The notes below the pieces were generated by a model. It was not told the origin of the DNA, searched no databases, and was given only the letters and a program-made list of their open reading frames with translations. From Patescibacteria group bacterium (GTDB lineage Bacteria; Patescibacteriota; Minisyncoccia; Minisyncoccales; Staskawiczbacteraceae), in contig JAHJTG010000005.1 in the NCBI GenBank assembly GCA_018829965.1, forward strand, positions 148,774 through 212,773: 64,000 nt of DNA. The letters run 5' to 3'. Of the stretch, positions 43,335 to 53,154 are shown piece after piece (within the stretch, counting starts at the first letter, position 1; each line of letters starts with the position of its first letter). Both the position numbers and the translations under genes were made by a program.

Positions 43335-43694
43335 TTAAGGACCGACGGTATATGTTGAACCGAGGGCTCCTAAAATGAAATTAATGATAAGTACAGACCC
43401 GTATGCCAACACCATACCGATAACGGTTGCTATAAGAATTTTTTTGCCCGTGTTCTTCAGTTCCGGGTTTCCGCCAGATATTAACAATACTATTCCGCCT
43501 ATTGTTAGAAATAAAATAGATAGTGGTAAAACAAGAAAATCCATTATAAAATTTATTATCCTCGGGATTATATCTTGGAAATCTTGGAAACTACAAGGGT
43601 CATCTGCGCATGATACTATCGATTCTCCGTGGACAAAACTTATTGCTGGAATCAATAAAACAAAAACGAAAAATATAAGAAATAATTTTTTCAT
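43335..43694 (-). CDS. Stand-alone TrbC/VirB2-like T4SS pilin (119 aa)
   Basis: Signal peptide followed by two TM helices: FIMDFLVLPLSILFLTIGGIVLLISGGNPELKNTGKKILIATVIGMVLAYGSVLIINFI. Same architecture as the N-termini of the three fusion proteins. Confidence 0.6.
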   Translation of the reverse strand: MKKLFLIFFVFVLLIPAISFVHGESIVSCADDPCSFQDFQDIIPRIINFIMDFLVLPLSILFLTIGGIVLLISGGNPELKNTGKKILIATVIGMVLAYGSVLIINFILGALGSTYTVGP

Positions 43695-43764
43695 AGAGTT
43701 TTTATCAATTTTAAATTTTTGTTTAACAACTTAATACTAAATATTGTTTTAACCACGTTTGACG

Positions 43765-43840
43765 TGGTGCCCTCGCCAGGATTTGAACCCGGAACTTTTG
43801 CTTCGAAGGCAAAGATGATATCCAGTTTCAACACGAGGGC
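43765..43840 (-). tRNA. tRNA-Arg (anticodon TCG), CCA encoded
   Basis: GCCCTCGTGTTGAAACTGGATATCATCTTTGCCTTCGAAGCAAAAGTTCCGGGTTCAAATCCTGGCGAGGGCACCA. Anticodon loop CTTCGAA. Confidence 0.85.
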
Positions 43841-44068
43841 CCTATATCCTAATCCTGTAAAAACAGGACGGGTCGGGCTCGACCCCGCTAAGCGGAGTAT
43901 AGAGCTTATTTAAACTTTATCATAAAATTGTAAAAAATCAAACCCAGTAAAATTCTTTACTGGGTGCAGTCCCGCACCGTGCTTTGCTTTGGTGCGGGGC
44001 AATTTTAGATAATTTTTAATTGAAATAAATAAAAAATTAAGATAACATAAATTTGTATTATTAAATTT

Positions 44069-45640
44069 ATGTTAATCCCAAAAGAAGTAAGGTCTGCTAT
44101 TGATAAGTTAAAGAAGCAAGGATTTGAAGCATATATTGTGGGCGGTTGTGTCCGCGATTTTTTGCTTGCCTCGCCGAAGTTTGCAAACGAAGGCGGGATT
44201 GGGATTGCCGCCCAAAGTAAATCTTTGGGCGAGCCTCGCCAAAGGCGGGAACCCGCGGATTGGGATATAACAACTAATGCTAAACCAGAAGAAATCCAAA
44301 AAGTATTTCCAAAGAACTTTTACGAGAACAAGTTTTTAACTGTAACTATTCAAACTGGCAGTAAAAAATCAAAATTAAAAGAAATAGAGGTGACAACTTA
44401 TCGATTAGAGGCGAAATATTCAGACAAACGTCATCCGGATGGAATAAGGTTCGCAAAAACATTAGAAGAAGACCTGGCCAGGCGCGATTTCACCGTAAAT
44501 GCAATCGCGCTGGAAATTCTAAATTCTAAATCCGAAATCCCAAATAAATCTAAAATTCAAAATTCAAAATTCAAAATTGTGGATCTGTTTGACGGCCAAA
44601 CAGACTTAAAAAATAAAATTATTAGAACTGTCGGAAATCCAGAAGAGCGATTTTCTGAAGACGCCCTAAGAATGCTCAGAGCAATAAGATTTGCTACAAC
44701 GTTAGGCTTTACAATTGAGCTCAAAACCTTAGAAGCTATTAAAAAGAACGCCGAGTGGCTAAAAATGATATCAGAAGAAAGAATAAGAGATGAACTCGTA
44801 AAAATTATTATGTCAGAGAGAGCAGATGAAGGAATAGAATTATTGCGTGAAACAGGGCTTTTACGGTTTTTTATCCCAGAGTTATTAGAGGGTTATAAAG
44901 TAGGCCAGAATAAACACCATATTTATGATTGTTGGCAACACTCTTTGCTTTCTTTAAAATATAGCGCTCAGAAAAAGTTTAATCAAAATGTAAGATTAGC
45001 TGCCTTATTTCACGATATTGGCAAACCCCGCGCTAAACGCGGCGATGGCCTTGATTCAACTTTCTATAACCACGAAATAATTGGAGCTAGAATGACCCAA
45101 GGAATTTTAGAAAGATTAAAATTCTCCAAGAAAGATATTGAAAAAATAGTAAAGTTGGTTCGTTACCACCTTTTTTACTATAACGTTGATGAGGTTAAAG
45201 ATGCTTCTGTAAGGCGTTTAGTTCGTAATGTCGGTCCAGACAGCATGGAAGAGCTTTTACAGGTTAGAATGTCAGACAGAATAGGTTCTGGCGTGCCTAA
45301 AGCTGAGCCGTATAAGTTAAGACATCTAAAATATATTGTTGATAAGGTTGCCCAAGACCCGATTTCAGCAAAAATGCTTAAAATTAGCGGGAATGACGTG
45401 ATGAAAATTTTAAATATTAAACCGGGACCAAAGATCGGACAGATTTTAGATATTTTGCTAAGCTATGTTTTGGCTGAGCCTAAGAATAACAAAAAAGCAT
45501 TTTTAGAGAAAGAAGTTTTAAAACTCGGTAAATTATTAGATAGTGATTTGAAAAAAATAGCCGATGGGGCTAAAAAAGAGAGAGAAAAAACAGAAACGAA
45601 AAGAGATGAGATGACAAAGCAGAAGTATTGGGTAACATAG
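44069..45640 (+). CDS. cca: CCA-adding enzyme / poly(A) polymerase family nucleotidyltransferase with HD domain
   Basis: GGCVRDFLL...DWDITT head motif, RAIRFA, and HD domain LFHDIGK. Two repeat-derived in-frame inserts (44165-44258 and 44514-44578). Confidence 0.85.
   Translation: MLIPKEVRSAIDKLKKQGFEAYIVGGCVRDFLLASPKFANEGGIGIAAQSKSLGEPRQRREPADWDITTNAKPEEIQKVFPKNFYENKFLTVTIQTGSKKSKLKEIEVTTYRLEAKYSDKRHPDGIRFAKTLEEDLARRDFTVNAIALEILNSKSEIPNKSKIQNSKFKIVDLFDGQTDLKNKIIRTVGNPEERFSEDALRMLRAIRFATTLGFTIELKTLEAIKKNAEWLKMISEERIRDELVKIIMSERADEGIELLRETGLLRFFIPELLEGYKVGQNKHHIYDCWQHSLLSLKYSAQKKFNQNVRLAALFHDIGKPRAKRGDGLDSTFYNHEIIGARMTQGILERLKFSKKDIEKIVKLVRYHLFYYNVDEVKDASVRRLVRNVGPDSMEELLQVRMSDRIGSGVPKAEPYKLRHLKYIVDKVAQDPISAKMLKISGNDVMKILNIKPGPKIGQILDILLSYVLAEPKNNKKAFLEKEVLKLGKLLDSDLKKIADGAKKEREKTETKRDEMTKQKYWVT
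44165..44258. repeat. GC-rich palindromic insert (family E-like) in-frame inside the catalytic head motif of cca
   Basis: gcctcgccgaagtttgcaaacgaaggcgggattgggattgccgcccaaagtaaatctttgggcgagcctcgccaaaggcgggaacccgcgg. It encodes ASPKFANEGGIGIAAQSKSLGEPRQRREPA between VRDFLL and DWDITT. Confidence 0.7.
44514..44578. repeat. Family B heptamer arm in-frame inside cca
   Basis: aaattctaaattctaaatccgaaatcccaaataaatctaaaattcaaaattcaaaattc encodes ILNSKSEIPNKSKIQNSKFKI. Compare the four-helix ORF start MSEIQNSK. Confidence 0.65.
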
Positions 45641-45658
45641 ATAGAATTTTTAAAACAA

Positions 45659-45729
45659 CGGGAGTTGGTTTAACGGTAGAATCTACGGTTCGGGACCGTA
45701 GGGCGAGAGTTCGACTCTCTCACTCCCGA
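45659..45729 (+). tRNA. tRNA-Pro (anticodon CGG)
   Basis: CGGGAGTTGGTTTAACGGTAGAATCTACGGTTCGGGACCGTAGGGCGAGAGTTCGACTCTCTCACTCCCGA. Anticodon loop TTCGGGA with G37. Confidence 0.85.
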
Positions 45730-45779
45730 ATGATGGTGGCAGAGCATTGTGTCCGCGTTGCAGAAATGGCGGTTCGCCT

Positions 45780-46700
45780 CTATTCTCCCTGAAATTTTAA
45801 ATTAATAAAATTCTGAAATTTTTCTTTTAGATTTTTATTTAGAAGATTTTTAGGATAAATATCTTTTGGGTAGATTCCGATTAAAGGGATATTATGTTTT
45901 TTACATAACATCTCTTTTTCTTTTATAGAGCGGTCGTACTTTGGACTGTCATTTGCTAATCCAAAGTATTCAACAAAAATTTCTTTATCTTCGATAATTA
46001 TTTTCCAATCTGATTTATGATTAGTCTCTGGATAATGAGCATCTCTTTCATGTAAAATACTGTTTTTATAAAACCAATTATCAATCAAAAGCTCTGAAAT
46101 AGAGTCGCACAAGTGGCCATCCAAAGCTTTAGCACGAGATCTTTTATACATTCTGTTGTCGTGAGATCTATTTGGCGTAAACCCCGCTGCTAAAACAGCA
46201 TTGTTCCATGAGCCGAAAGATTTTCTGCACGCCCCATTCACACCATTTAATATTTCGCGTCTTGCCGGAACCCTTTTTAGTTTTTTAAAGTATTTTCGGA
46301 TGATATCTAATAATTCTTCTGGCTTATATCGTTCTGCGTCAACCCTACAACTCAATGAACAGTACTTTTTATTGCTGGTACTTTTTCTATATTTCTTCCC
46401 ACATTGTTCGCAAATTTTAAATTTAGGTAGTAAGCGTTTTCTATCATATCTTTTATTATTAACTATCATTGCACAGGAGTGAGAACAATAATTATGAATA
46501 GAAATACCACTTAATGTTCGTTCAAATTTTCTTCCACAATTTTCACAGGAGATTTCTTTTTTTGTAGTTTTGTGTTTAAATTGACATTTTGTTGAACAGT
46601 ACTGATTCCAGCCAAATTTTATAGCTTCATTAAAACGCCCAGTTAAGCGGTAAAAAGTTTTTTTACAATTTTTACAGCGAACTTTTATAGTTTTAACCAT
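45780..46700 (-). CDS. Multi-zinc-ribbon + homing-endonuclease-associated-repeat + PD-(D/E)XK-like nuclease protein
   Basis: - Four CxxC...C...C ribbons (CKNCKK, CENCGRK, CEQCGKK and others).
- RVPARREILNGVNGACRKSFGSWNNAVLAAGF, typical of the HNH/homing-endonuclease-associated repeat.
- C-terminal LCDSISELLIDNWFYKNSILHERDAHYP...DWKI...IFVEYFG (nuclease-like). Confidence 0.45.
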   Translation of the reverse strand: MVKTIKVRCKNCKKTFYRLTGRFNEAIKFGWNQYCSTKCQFKHKTTKKEISCENCGRKFERTLSGISIHNYCSHSCAMIVNNKRYDRKRLLPKFKICEQCGKKYRKSTSNKKYCSLSCRVDAERYKPEELLDIIRKYFKKLKRVPARREILNGVNGACRKSFGSWNNAVLAAGFTPNRSHDNRMYKRSRAKALDGHLCDSISELLIDNWFYKNSILHERDAHYPETNHKSDWKIIIEDKEIFVEYFGLANDSPKYDRSIKEKEMLCKKHNIPLIGIYPKDIYPKNLLNKNLKEKFQNFINLKFQGE

Positions 46701-46877
46701 ATTTTATCCATTTACAGTTTTGATTTTTAGGATTAGTATTATAAATGAATTAGAAATTCTTATTTAATTATAACACAAAATGGGAGAGTATAGACTGAGC
46801 GCAAATCCCAGCGCCACGACAAATATGATATAGTGGAAAAAATTGAATAGGAATAAAAAATAATTTAAATTAGTTTT

Positions 46878-47729
46878 ATGCTAAATAAAAAAACAAATAA
46901 CAAACAAATCGCTATTTTTGAAGGTCAGAAAATTCGTCGAACATGGAACGAGAAAAAAGAACTATGGTATTTTTCCGTAATAGATGTCATCGCGACATTA
47001 ACGGACAGCGTTAATCCGCGCGATTATTGGTTTAAAATGAAAATTAGGGTGAAAACAGAGGATGGAGCTGAGTTGTCGACATTTTGTCGACAACTGAAAT
47101 TACCGGCTTCAGACGGTAAATATTACTTAACTGATGTCGCTAACACGGAAGGAATTTTGAGAATAATCCAATCTATCCCATCTCCTAAGGCCGAACCATT
47201 CAAGCTTTGGTTAGCAAAAGTTGGCTATGAAAGGATACAAGAAACAACAGATCCGGAAAAATCAATCAATCGGGGCAGAATGAATTGGCAGAGGTTGGGT
47301 CGAAGCGCAAAATGGATTCAGCAAAGAATGATGGGGCAGGAAGTTAGAAATAAACTAACTGATTATTGGAAAGATAACGAGGTTAAAGAAAAAGATGAGT
47401 ATGCTATTTTGACGAATATAATCCATCAAGAATGGAGCGATTTGTCGGTTAAGGAACATAAAAATTTGAAGAAGTTAAAAACGCAAAATTTACGCGATCA
47501 TATGTCTGATGCCGAATTGGTCTTTACTGCTCTTGCCGAACTTTCCACTCGCCAAATCGCGGAAACTATGGAAACAAAAGGATTGGAATAAAATAAAACT
47601 CCAGCGAGAAAAGGCGGTCGTATCGCCAAAAATGCGCGCATAGAATTAGAGAGTAAAACGGGTAAAAAGGTAGTAAGCAGGAAGAATTTTTTACAATTTC
47701 CGGAAAACGGCAAAAAATTATTAAAATAA
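46878..47729 (+). pseudogene. dinD: DinD-like (Bro-N domain, DNA-damage-inducible protein D family) gene interrupted by an in-frame TAA
   Basis: WYFSVIDVIATLTDS...LRIIQSIPSPKAEPFKLWLAKVGYERIQE. TAA at 47589-47591. The same frame continues NKTPARKGGRIAKNARIELESKTGKKVVSRKNFL...* to 47729, which looks like the normal family C-terminus. Confidence 0.6.
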
Positions 47730-47783
47730 AAAACTAAATTAAATAATAACCCACCACTACCAGTTCGCCTGTGGGCGATTGGT

Positions 47784-48770
47784 GTGGGGGCAAGAAAAAT
47801 TATGGAAAATATACAATCAGTTCCTAAAAGAAATTTACCAAGAGATGTATTCTTACATCTTTTGGTGATAGTCACTCTTTATTGGTCAGCAATAAGCTTT
47901 GTGACTCTAATCTGGCAATTCATCAATAAATTTTTTCCAGATATTTTGGATTATCGCTCAAGCGAATATTCTTTATCGCTTATCAGATTTTCAGTTTCCG
48001 CTTTAGTTATAGTTTTTTCAGTATTCATTTTAGTGTCTTGGTATTTAAATAAAATTTACAGAAGAGAATCGCAAGTCAGAGATTCTAAAATAAGAAAATG
48101 GCTAATTTATTTGACTCTTTTTATTACTTCGTTGGTTATAATTGGAGATTTAATTTTCATTATTAACACTTTTTTAGGAGGAGAGATAACTATAAGATTT
48201 ATTTTGAAAGCCCTGTCAATAATTTTGGTCGCTGGTGTTATTTTTGGATATTATTTAGACGATGTAAGGCGGGATACGCCTACAAAGTTAGCGAAATACT
48301 TTGCATGGGTAACGAGCATTTTGGTTTTAGCGGTTATTGTAAGCGCATTTTTAGTTGTTGGTTCTCCGCAAGAAGCAAGATTGAAACAATTTGACCAGCA
48401 GAAAATAAGCGATTTACAGGAAACCCAATCAATGATTATAAATTACTGGCAGAGGAAGGAAAAATTGCCAGATAGATTATCTGATTTGGATGACAGCATA
48501 TCAGGCTTTATTGCTCCGATTGACCCGCAAACAGGAGATTCTTACGAGTATAATACAAAAGGAGATTTAGAATTTGAATTATGCGCTGTATTTAATAGGG
48601 TGTGGAATAATAAAGAGAATCTTTCTATTCCAAAAGGCATGTATCCTTCTATGTATTCCCAAAATTGGGATCATAGTCAGGGGAGAGTATGCTTTGAAAG
48701 AATAATTGATAAAGAATTATACCCGCCACTGCCAAAAGATGTAATAAATATAAGAGATGTAATAGAGTAA
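47784..48770 (+). CDS. DUF5671-like multi-TM protein with a pseudopilin-like C-terminal domain
   Basis: Four to five TM helices, then ARLKQFDQQKISDLQETQSMIINYWQRKEKLPDRLSDL...IDPQTGDSYEYN...FELCAVF. The real start may be MENIQS at 47802. Confidence 0.45.
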   Translation: MGARKIMENIQSVPKRNLPRDVFLHLLVIVTLYWSAISFVTLIWQFINKFFPDILDYRSSEYSLSLIRFSVSALVIVFSVFILVSWYLNKIYRRESQVRDSKIRKWLIYLTLFITSLVIIGDLIFIINTFLGGEITIRFILKALSIILVAGVIFGYYLDDVRRDTPTKLAKYFAWVTSILVLAVIVSAFLVVGSPQEARLKQFDQQKISDLQETQSMIINYWQRKEKLPDRLSDLDDSISGFIAPIDPQTGDSYEYNTKGDLEFELCAVFNRVWNNKENLSIPKGMYPSMYSQNWDHSQGRVCFERIIDKELYPPLPKDVINIRDVIE

Positions 48771-48778
48771 GAATATAA

Positions 48779-48811
48779 AAAGCCCCCCCCTTTTTAAAAT
48801 GGGGCTTTTTA
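48779..48811. terminator. Bidirectional terminator
   Basis: aaaagcccc...ggggctttt hairpin between convergent genes. Confidence 0.6.
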
Positions 48812-48822
48812 ATTATAATTTA

Positions 48823-51057
48823 TTAAATTTTACTTTTATAAAACTTCATTGAGAGTGCATTGAGCACTACGCTTACTGAAGAAAAAGCCATAGCCACCGC
48901 AGCAATTGCCGGATTTAAAAGCCAACCAGTGAAAGGATATAAAATACCAGCGGCAACAGGAATGCCGACAATATTATAAAAGAAAGCCCAGAAAAGATTT
49001 TGCTTAATTTTATTTAAAGTGTATTTGCTTAAATCAATTGCTATTACTACGTCTCTTAAATCGTCTTTAATTAAAACTATTTCGCCGGTTTCCATTGCCA
49101 CATCTGTGCCCGAACCCAAAGCAATGCCTAAATCCGCTTGGGCCAAAGCTGGCGCGTCATTAATGCCGTCGCCCACCATCGCCACAATATTTCCTTCACT
49201 CTGTAATTTTTTAATTTCGGCTGATTTTTCTTGCGGCAATACCTCGGCTAAAACTCTATCTATGCCGACTTGCTGGGCAATAGCTTGTCCAACTCTTTTA
49301 TTATCTCCGGTAATTATCGCGACTTTTTTCCCCATTTTATGAAGCATTTTAACTGCTTCTTTTGAGTAATCCTTAAGCGTATCAGCCACTGCAATGATAC
49401 CAATGATATCTTTTTCTACAGCCAAAATCATTGCTGTTTTGCCTTGATCTTCTAAAACAATCATTTTTTCTTCTATTATATTTGGATTAATTTGATTGTT
49501 AGTCATTAGTTTTCTTGTTCCGAAAAGTATTTTTTTATTTTTTAAATCAGCCGTAACGCCATAGCCGGGAATAGCTTGAAACCCTTCGACTTCGCTCAGG
49601 GCAAGATTTTTTTCTTTGGCTTTTTTAACAATTGCTTCCGATAGAGGATGCTCTGAATTTTTTTCCACTGACGCCGCGATTTGCAAAACTAAATTCTCAC
49701 TGACATCGTTTTTAATTTTCACCACGTCAGTAACACTTGGTTCACCCTTGGTTAAAGTTCCGGTTTTATCAAAAATAACAATATCCAAGTCGCGGGCAAT
49801 TTCCAGCGCCTTACCACTTTTAATTAAAATGCCATTTTTTGCCGCCAGACCAGTACCCATCATCACAGCGGTTGGCGTTGCCAGACCTAAAGCGCAAGGG
49901 CAAGCGATAATTAAAACAGCGATAAAGGCTGTGAGCGCGAAAGGAAAAGGATGGCCTGCAAAAATCCAAACCGCGAAAGAGACAATAGCGATGACTACTA
50001 CTGTCGGTACAAAATAAAGAGAAACTTTGTCGGCTAAAAGCTGAATTGGCGCCTTAGAACCCATAGCTTCTTCAACTATCTTTATAATCTGGGCCAACAT
50101 CGTATCTTTACCAACTCGAGTTGCTTTAAATTTCAAAACGCCGGTTTTATTAATAGTGGCGCCGATGACTTCATCGCCCTTGCTTTTTTCAACCGGGATA
50201 CTTTCGCCAGTGATTGCTTTTTCATCAACGCCGGAATAGCCGTCAATAACAATTCCGTCTACCGGGATTTTTTCGCCGGGCTTGACTAAAATAATATCCC
50301 CGACTTTTACTTCGGAAATAGGAATTTTTATCTCCTCATCGTCTTTTATAATTGTCGCTTCTTTGGGCTGAAGTCCGATTAATTTTTTAATAGCTTCGCT
50401 TGTTTTCCCTTTAGTTATTGCTTCTAGATACTTTCCCAAAAGGATGAAGATAAGAATGAAGCCCGCTATCTCGTAGTATAGCTCTTTCATTCCGTATGTT
50501 TTGATGTTGAGCCAAGTAGATAAAGAGATTGCCACGCTGTAGACATAGGCAGCCGAAGTGCCAATAAATATCAAAGAGTCCATATTTGGCGCTCGTCTTA
50601 AAATAGCCTTGAGTCCGGAAATGTAAAGTTTGAAGGCAACTATAATCACGGGGGTAGTTAACAGAAATTGGATTAGATGCTGGTTCATCTCGATAATCTT
50701 CGGTATGTGAAGACCAACCATCATACCCATTGAAACATAGAGAAGAGGAATGCCGAAAATGAGGGCTACAATAAGTCTTATTTTCAGATCTTTAACTTCC
50801 TGAATTTTCTCTTCCTTGTGATGATCCTCCATTTCTTTTCCAAAACCTTCTTCACTGGCTTTATATCCCAATTTTTCTATTACTTTTTGAATTCGGGCAA
50901 TACTTATTTTGATAGAATCAAATTCTAAATAGGCCTTTTCCGTAGCAAAATTGACATTAGCAGATTTAATACCCTCTTCTTTTTTAAGCGCGTTTTCAAT
51001 GATTGCCGAGCATGAAGCGCAATGCATGCCAGATATTTTTAAAATTGTTTTTTTCAT
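48823..51057 (-). CDS. copA: Copper-translocating P1B-type ATPase
   Basis: HMA GMHCASC, the TM CPC motif ([12 protein letters not shown]), DKTGTLT and GDGINDAP. Confidence 0.95.
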   Translation of the reverse strand: MKKTILKISGMHCASCSAIIENALKKEEGIKSANVNFATEKAYLEFDSIKISIARIQKVIEKLGYKASEEGFGKEMEDHHKEEKIQEVKDLKIRLIVALIFGIPLLYVSMGMMVGLHIPKIIEMNQHLIQFLLTTPVIIVAFKLYISGLKAILRRAPNMDSLIFIGTSAAYVYSVAISLSTWLNIKTYGMKELYYEIAGFILIFILLGKYLEAITKGKTSEAIKKLIGLQPKEATIIKDDEEIKIPISEVKVGDIILVKPGEKIPVDGIVIDGYSGVDEKAITGESIPVEKSKGDEVIGATINKTGVLKFKATRVGKDTMLAQIIKIVEEAMGSKAPIQLLADKVSLYFVPTVVVIAIVSFAVWIFAGHPFPFALTAFIAVLIIACPCALGLATPTAVMMGTGLAAKNGILIKSGKALEIARDLDIVIFDKTGTLTKGEPSVTDVVKIKNDVSENLVLQIAASVEKNSEHPLSEAIVKKAKEKNLALSEVEGFQAIPGYGVTADLKNKKILFGTRKLMTNNQINPNIIEEKMIVLEDQGKTAMILAVEKDIIGIIAVADTLKDYSKEAVKMLHKMGKKVAIITGDNKRVGQAIAQQVGIDRVLAEVLPQEKSAEIKKLQSEGNIVAMVGDGINDAPALAQADLGIALGSGTDVAMETGEIVLIKDDLRDVVIAIDLSKYTLNKIKQNLFWAFFYNIVGIPVAAGILYPFTGWLLNPAIAAVAMAFSSVSVVLNALSMKFYKSKI

Positions 51058-51078
51058 ATATATAAATTAGCGAATTCT

Positions 51079-52611
51079 TTATTTTATATTACAGCTACCT
51101 CCGCAACTTCCACCGCCACACCCTCCACCACCTCCGCAACCGCAACCACTGGCTCCAGACGATATATCCGAGATATTATTTACAGTAGTATTCAAATTAG
51201 TTGTAGGGGTGGAATTTGTATTATTAACATCAATAACTTCTATTGTCCCCGTTACCATTCCCATCCAACAACTAAATTTGTATCTTCCGGGGTTTGTGGG
51301 GGTAAATTCTTTAACGCTTACTTGTCCAGGGGTAAGATTAATCGCTCCATCAAATAAATTTTTTGAAATAACAGCATTAGTGCAACCGCTAGTTCCCTTA
51401 TCGGTTATCTCCCATCTTATTGGTATTCCGGCTTTAACTTTAAAATAATTAGGCGAATAGCCGCGAGAAGAAGCGCCCATTTTTAAAATTTGCTTACCAT
51501 CAACGATTGGCGTCAGCCCTTCTAAATTTTTGTTTTTTGATTCTGTGCTCGTATTCGATTCTAAAGCTATATCGTTTAAACTAAAAAAACCAAGAATATT
51601 CATTTGAGAATTAATATTAAAAAGGGCGAAAAATAAAATTAGGATGCCGGCAATTTTAGTAAATCTGTAAGCTAAGTGGGGTTTTTGAGACATTTTTATA
51701 CTCGATAGTCCGATAGCTAGAAGTGGTCCGAATGTTCCTAGCGCAAAAAATCCCATTATTAAAGCGCCCTGTATCGGACTGCCGGATAAAAGAGCTAATC
51801 CTTGGCTGGTTATAGTAAAACCGCAAGGCAGAAAGAAAGTTAAGGCACCCATTAAAAATGGCATATTTTTCCTTTTGAAGTTTTTTTCATTTGCAATTCG
51901 TCTGGTTATGAATTTCGGCAAACTAAATTGTCTTCCTTTAAATTTTTTAACTCCTAACATTTGAAGAGCTACAAAGAGCATCATTATTGATATTGCGATT
52001 ATTAGAAATGACGTAAATGTTAAAGATGAGCGGAATTTATTTCCTAACAAACCTAATAAAAAACCAAAAAATATATAAGACAGAAGCCTTCCTATATTAA
52101 ACATTAAATGAGGTTGGAGCTTTTTAATTGTTGATGGCTCTTGCGCATATAATTGCAACCATTGCTTTGACATGGATAATATTAATCCTCCGACTAAAGC
52201 TGCGCAGGTAGAAATACCAGCTAATAAACCAAAAACAAAAAAAGCAGGCAAAGAAGACTTTGAATTCACGTTTATTAAGCCTGCCAATCCTAATTTATTA
52301 AGGATTATGAACCCGGCAATTATTAGCAAGCCGATAAAAATACTATTACCTATGCCGCTATTTTTATTTGTTTCTGCCTTTATATTTTTTGTTACATCAA
52401 AAAATGTATACCCTTCTTTTAAAAATATGCTATTCAGTTTTTCTAACGTTGGTTTTTTGTCTTCATATTCTATCAATAGTTTGCCCTTAGCGTTTGAAGC
52501 ATCGGCTGATTTCACGCTTTTAAAAGCCAAAAGTTTTTTTTCTATTAATATCTCACAAGAGGCGCAATGCATGCCTTTTACAGAATAAATATGCTCTTTT
52601 ATTTTTGCCAT
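51079..52611 (-). CDS. HMA domain + TauE/DsbD-like permease + cupredoxin-like domain protein with a Gly/Cys tail
   Basis: N-terminal GMHCASC, ~8 TM helices, and C-terminal YFKVKAGIPIRWEITDKGTSGCTNAV...YKFSCWMGMVTGTIEV. Tail GCGCGGGGGCGGGSCGGSC. Confidence 0.65.
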   Translation of the reverse strand: MAKIKEHIYSVKGMHCASCEILIEKKLLAFKSVKSADASNAKGKLLIEYEDKKPTLEKLNSIFLKEGYTFFDVTKNIKAETNKNSGIGNSIFIGLLIIAGFIILNKLGLAGLINVNSKSSLPAFFVFGLLAGISTCAALVGGLILSMSKQWLQLYAQEPSTIKKLQPHLMFNIGRLLSYIFFGFLLGLLGNKFRSSLTFTSFLIIAISIMMLFVALQMLGVKKFKGRQFSLPKFITRRIANEKNFKRKNMPFLMGALTFFLPCGFTITSQGLALLSGSPIQGALIMGFFALGTFGPLLAIGLSSIKMSQKPHLAYRFTKIAGILILFFALFNINSQMNILGFFSLNDIALESNTSTESKNKNLEGLTPIVDGKQILKMGASSRGYSPNYFKVKAGIPIRWEITDKGTSGCTNAVISKNLFDGAINLTPGQVSVKEFTPTNPGRYKFSCWMGMVTGTIEVIDVNNTNSTPTTNLNTTVNNISDISSGASGCGCGGGGGCGGGSCGGSCNIK

Positions 52612-52645
52612 AAAATTTAATTATTTAAATGTTTGGGTTTTTTAC

Positions 52646-52918
52646 TTACTTATTAAATAATTTTGTTACTAATAATATTTCTTCTATCATTTCTTGTTTT
52701 TTTCTTTCGTTGCGGGTAGACATTGCTTTTTTAAAACAAGTATTCAGATGATTTTCCATCAACATTTCATGCGCTGACCTTAAAAGTCCGATTACAGCTA
52801 AATTTTGCTGCATAATGTTAATGCAATATTCATCGCTCTTAATCATTTCGATTATTTTTAAGAGCGAGCTGGCGGCTTTCTTTAAATTTATCAATGTTTT
52901 TTGTTTTTTGTTAGTCAT
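52646..52918 (-). CDS. csoR: CsoR/RcnR-family metal-sensing repressor
   Basis: 90 aa. YCINIMQQNLAVIGLLRSAHEMLMENHLNTC (Cys...His...Cys ligand pattern). Heads the copper operon. Confidence 0.8.
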   Translation of the reverse strand: MTNKKQKTLINLKKAASSLLKIIEMIKSDEYCINIMQQNLAVIGLLRSAHEMLMENHLNTCFKKAMSTRNERKKQEMIEEILLVTKLFNK

Positions 52919-52924
52919 ATGTTT

Positions 52925-52965
52925 TTTATTTTTTAATATACCCCGACCTATGGTATAGGTATAAT
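52925..52965. promoter_or_regulatory. Candidate CsoR operator/promoter
   Basis: tataccccgacctatggtataggtataata lies immediately upstream of csoR. It contains ATACC/GGTAT inverted repeats reminiscent of CsoR GC-tract operators, plus a TATAAT-like box. Confidence 0.35.
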
Positions 52966-52991
52966 AATAACAAATCCTAAAAACGTGTCAA

Positions 52992-53069
52992 CCCTTCACC
53001 TTCGCCAATACTGTTTGGAAACAAGAAATAGCTATTTTCATTAATTTATTTTTTAACGAAGGTGAAGGG
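52992..53069. mobile_element. MITE-like element, family D, flanked by a TCAA duplication
   Basis: CCCTTCACCTTCG at 52992-53004 and CGAAGGTGAAGGG at 53057-53069. TCAA (the complement of TTGA) at 52988-52991 and 53070-53073. Confidence 0.7.
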
Positions 53070-53154
53070 TCAATAGTTATTCCCTTTTTGTATAAGAAAT
53101 GATAGAGTCAAATATAGGAAAAGATTAAATAATTATTTTATTTAATAAAAATAT

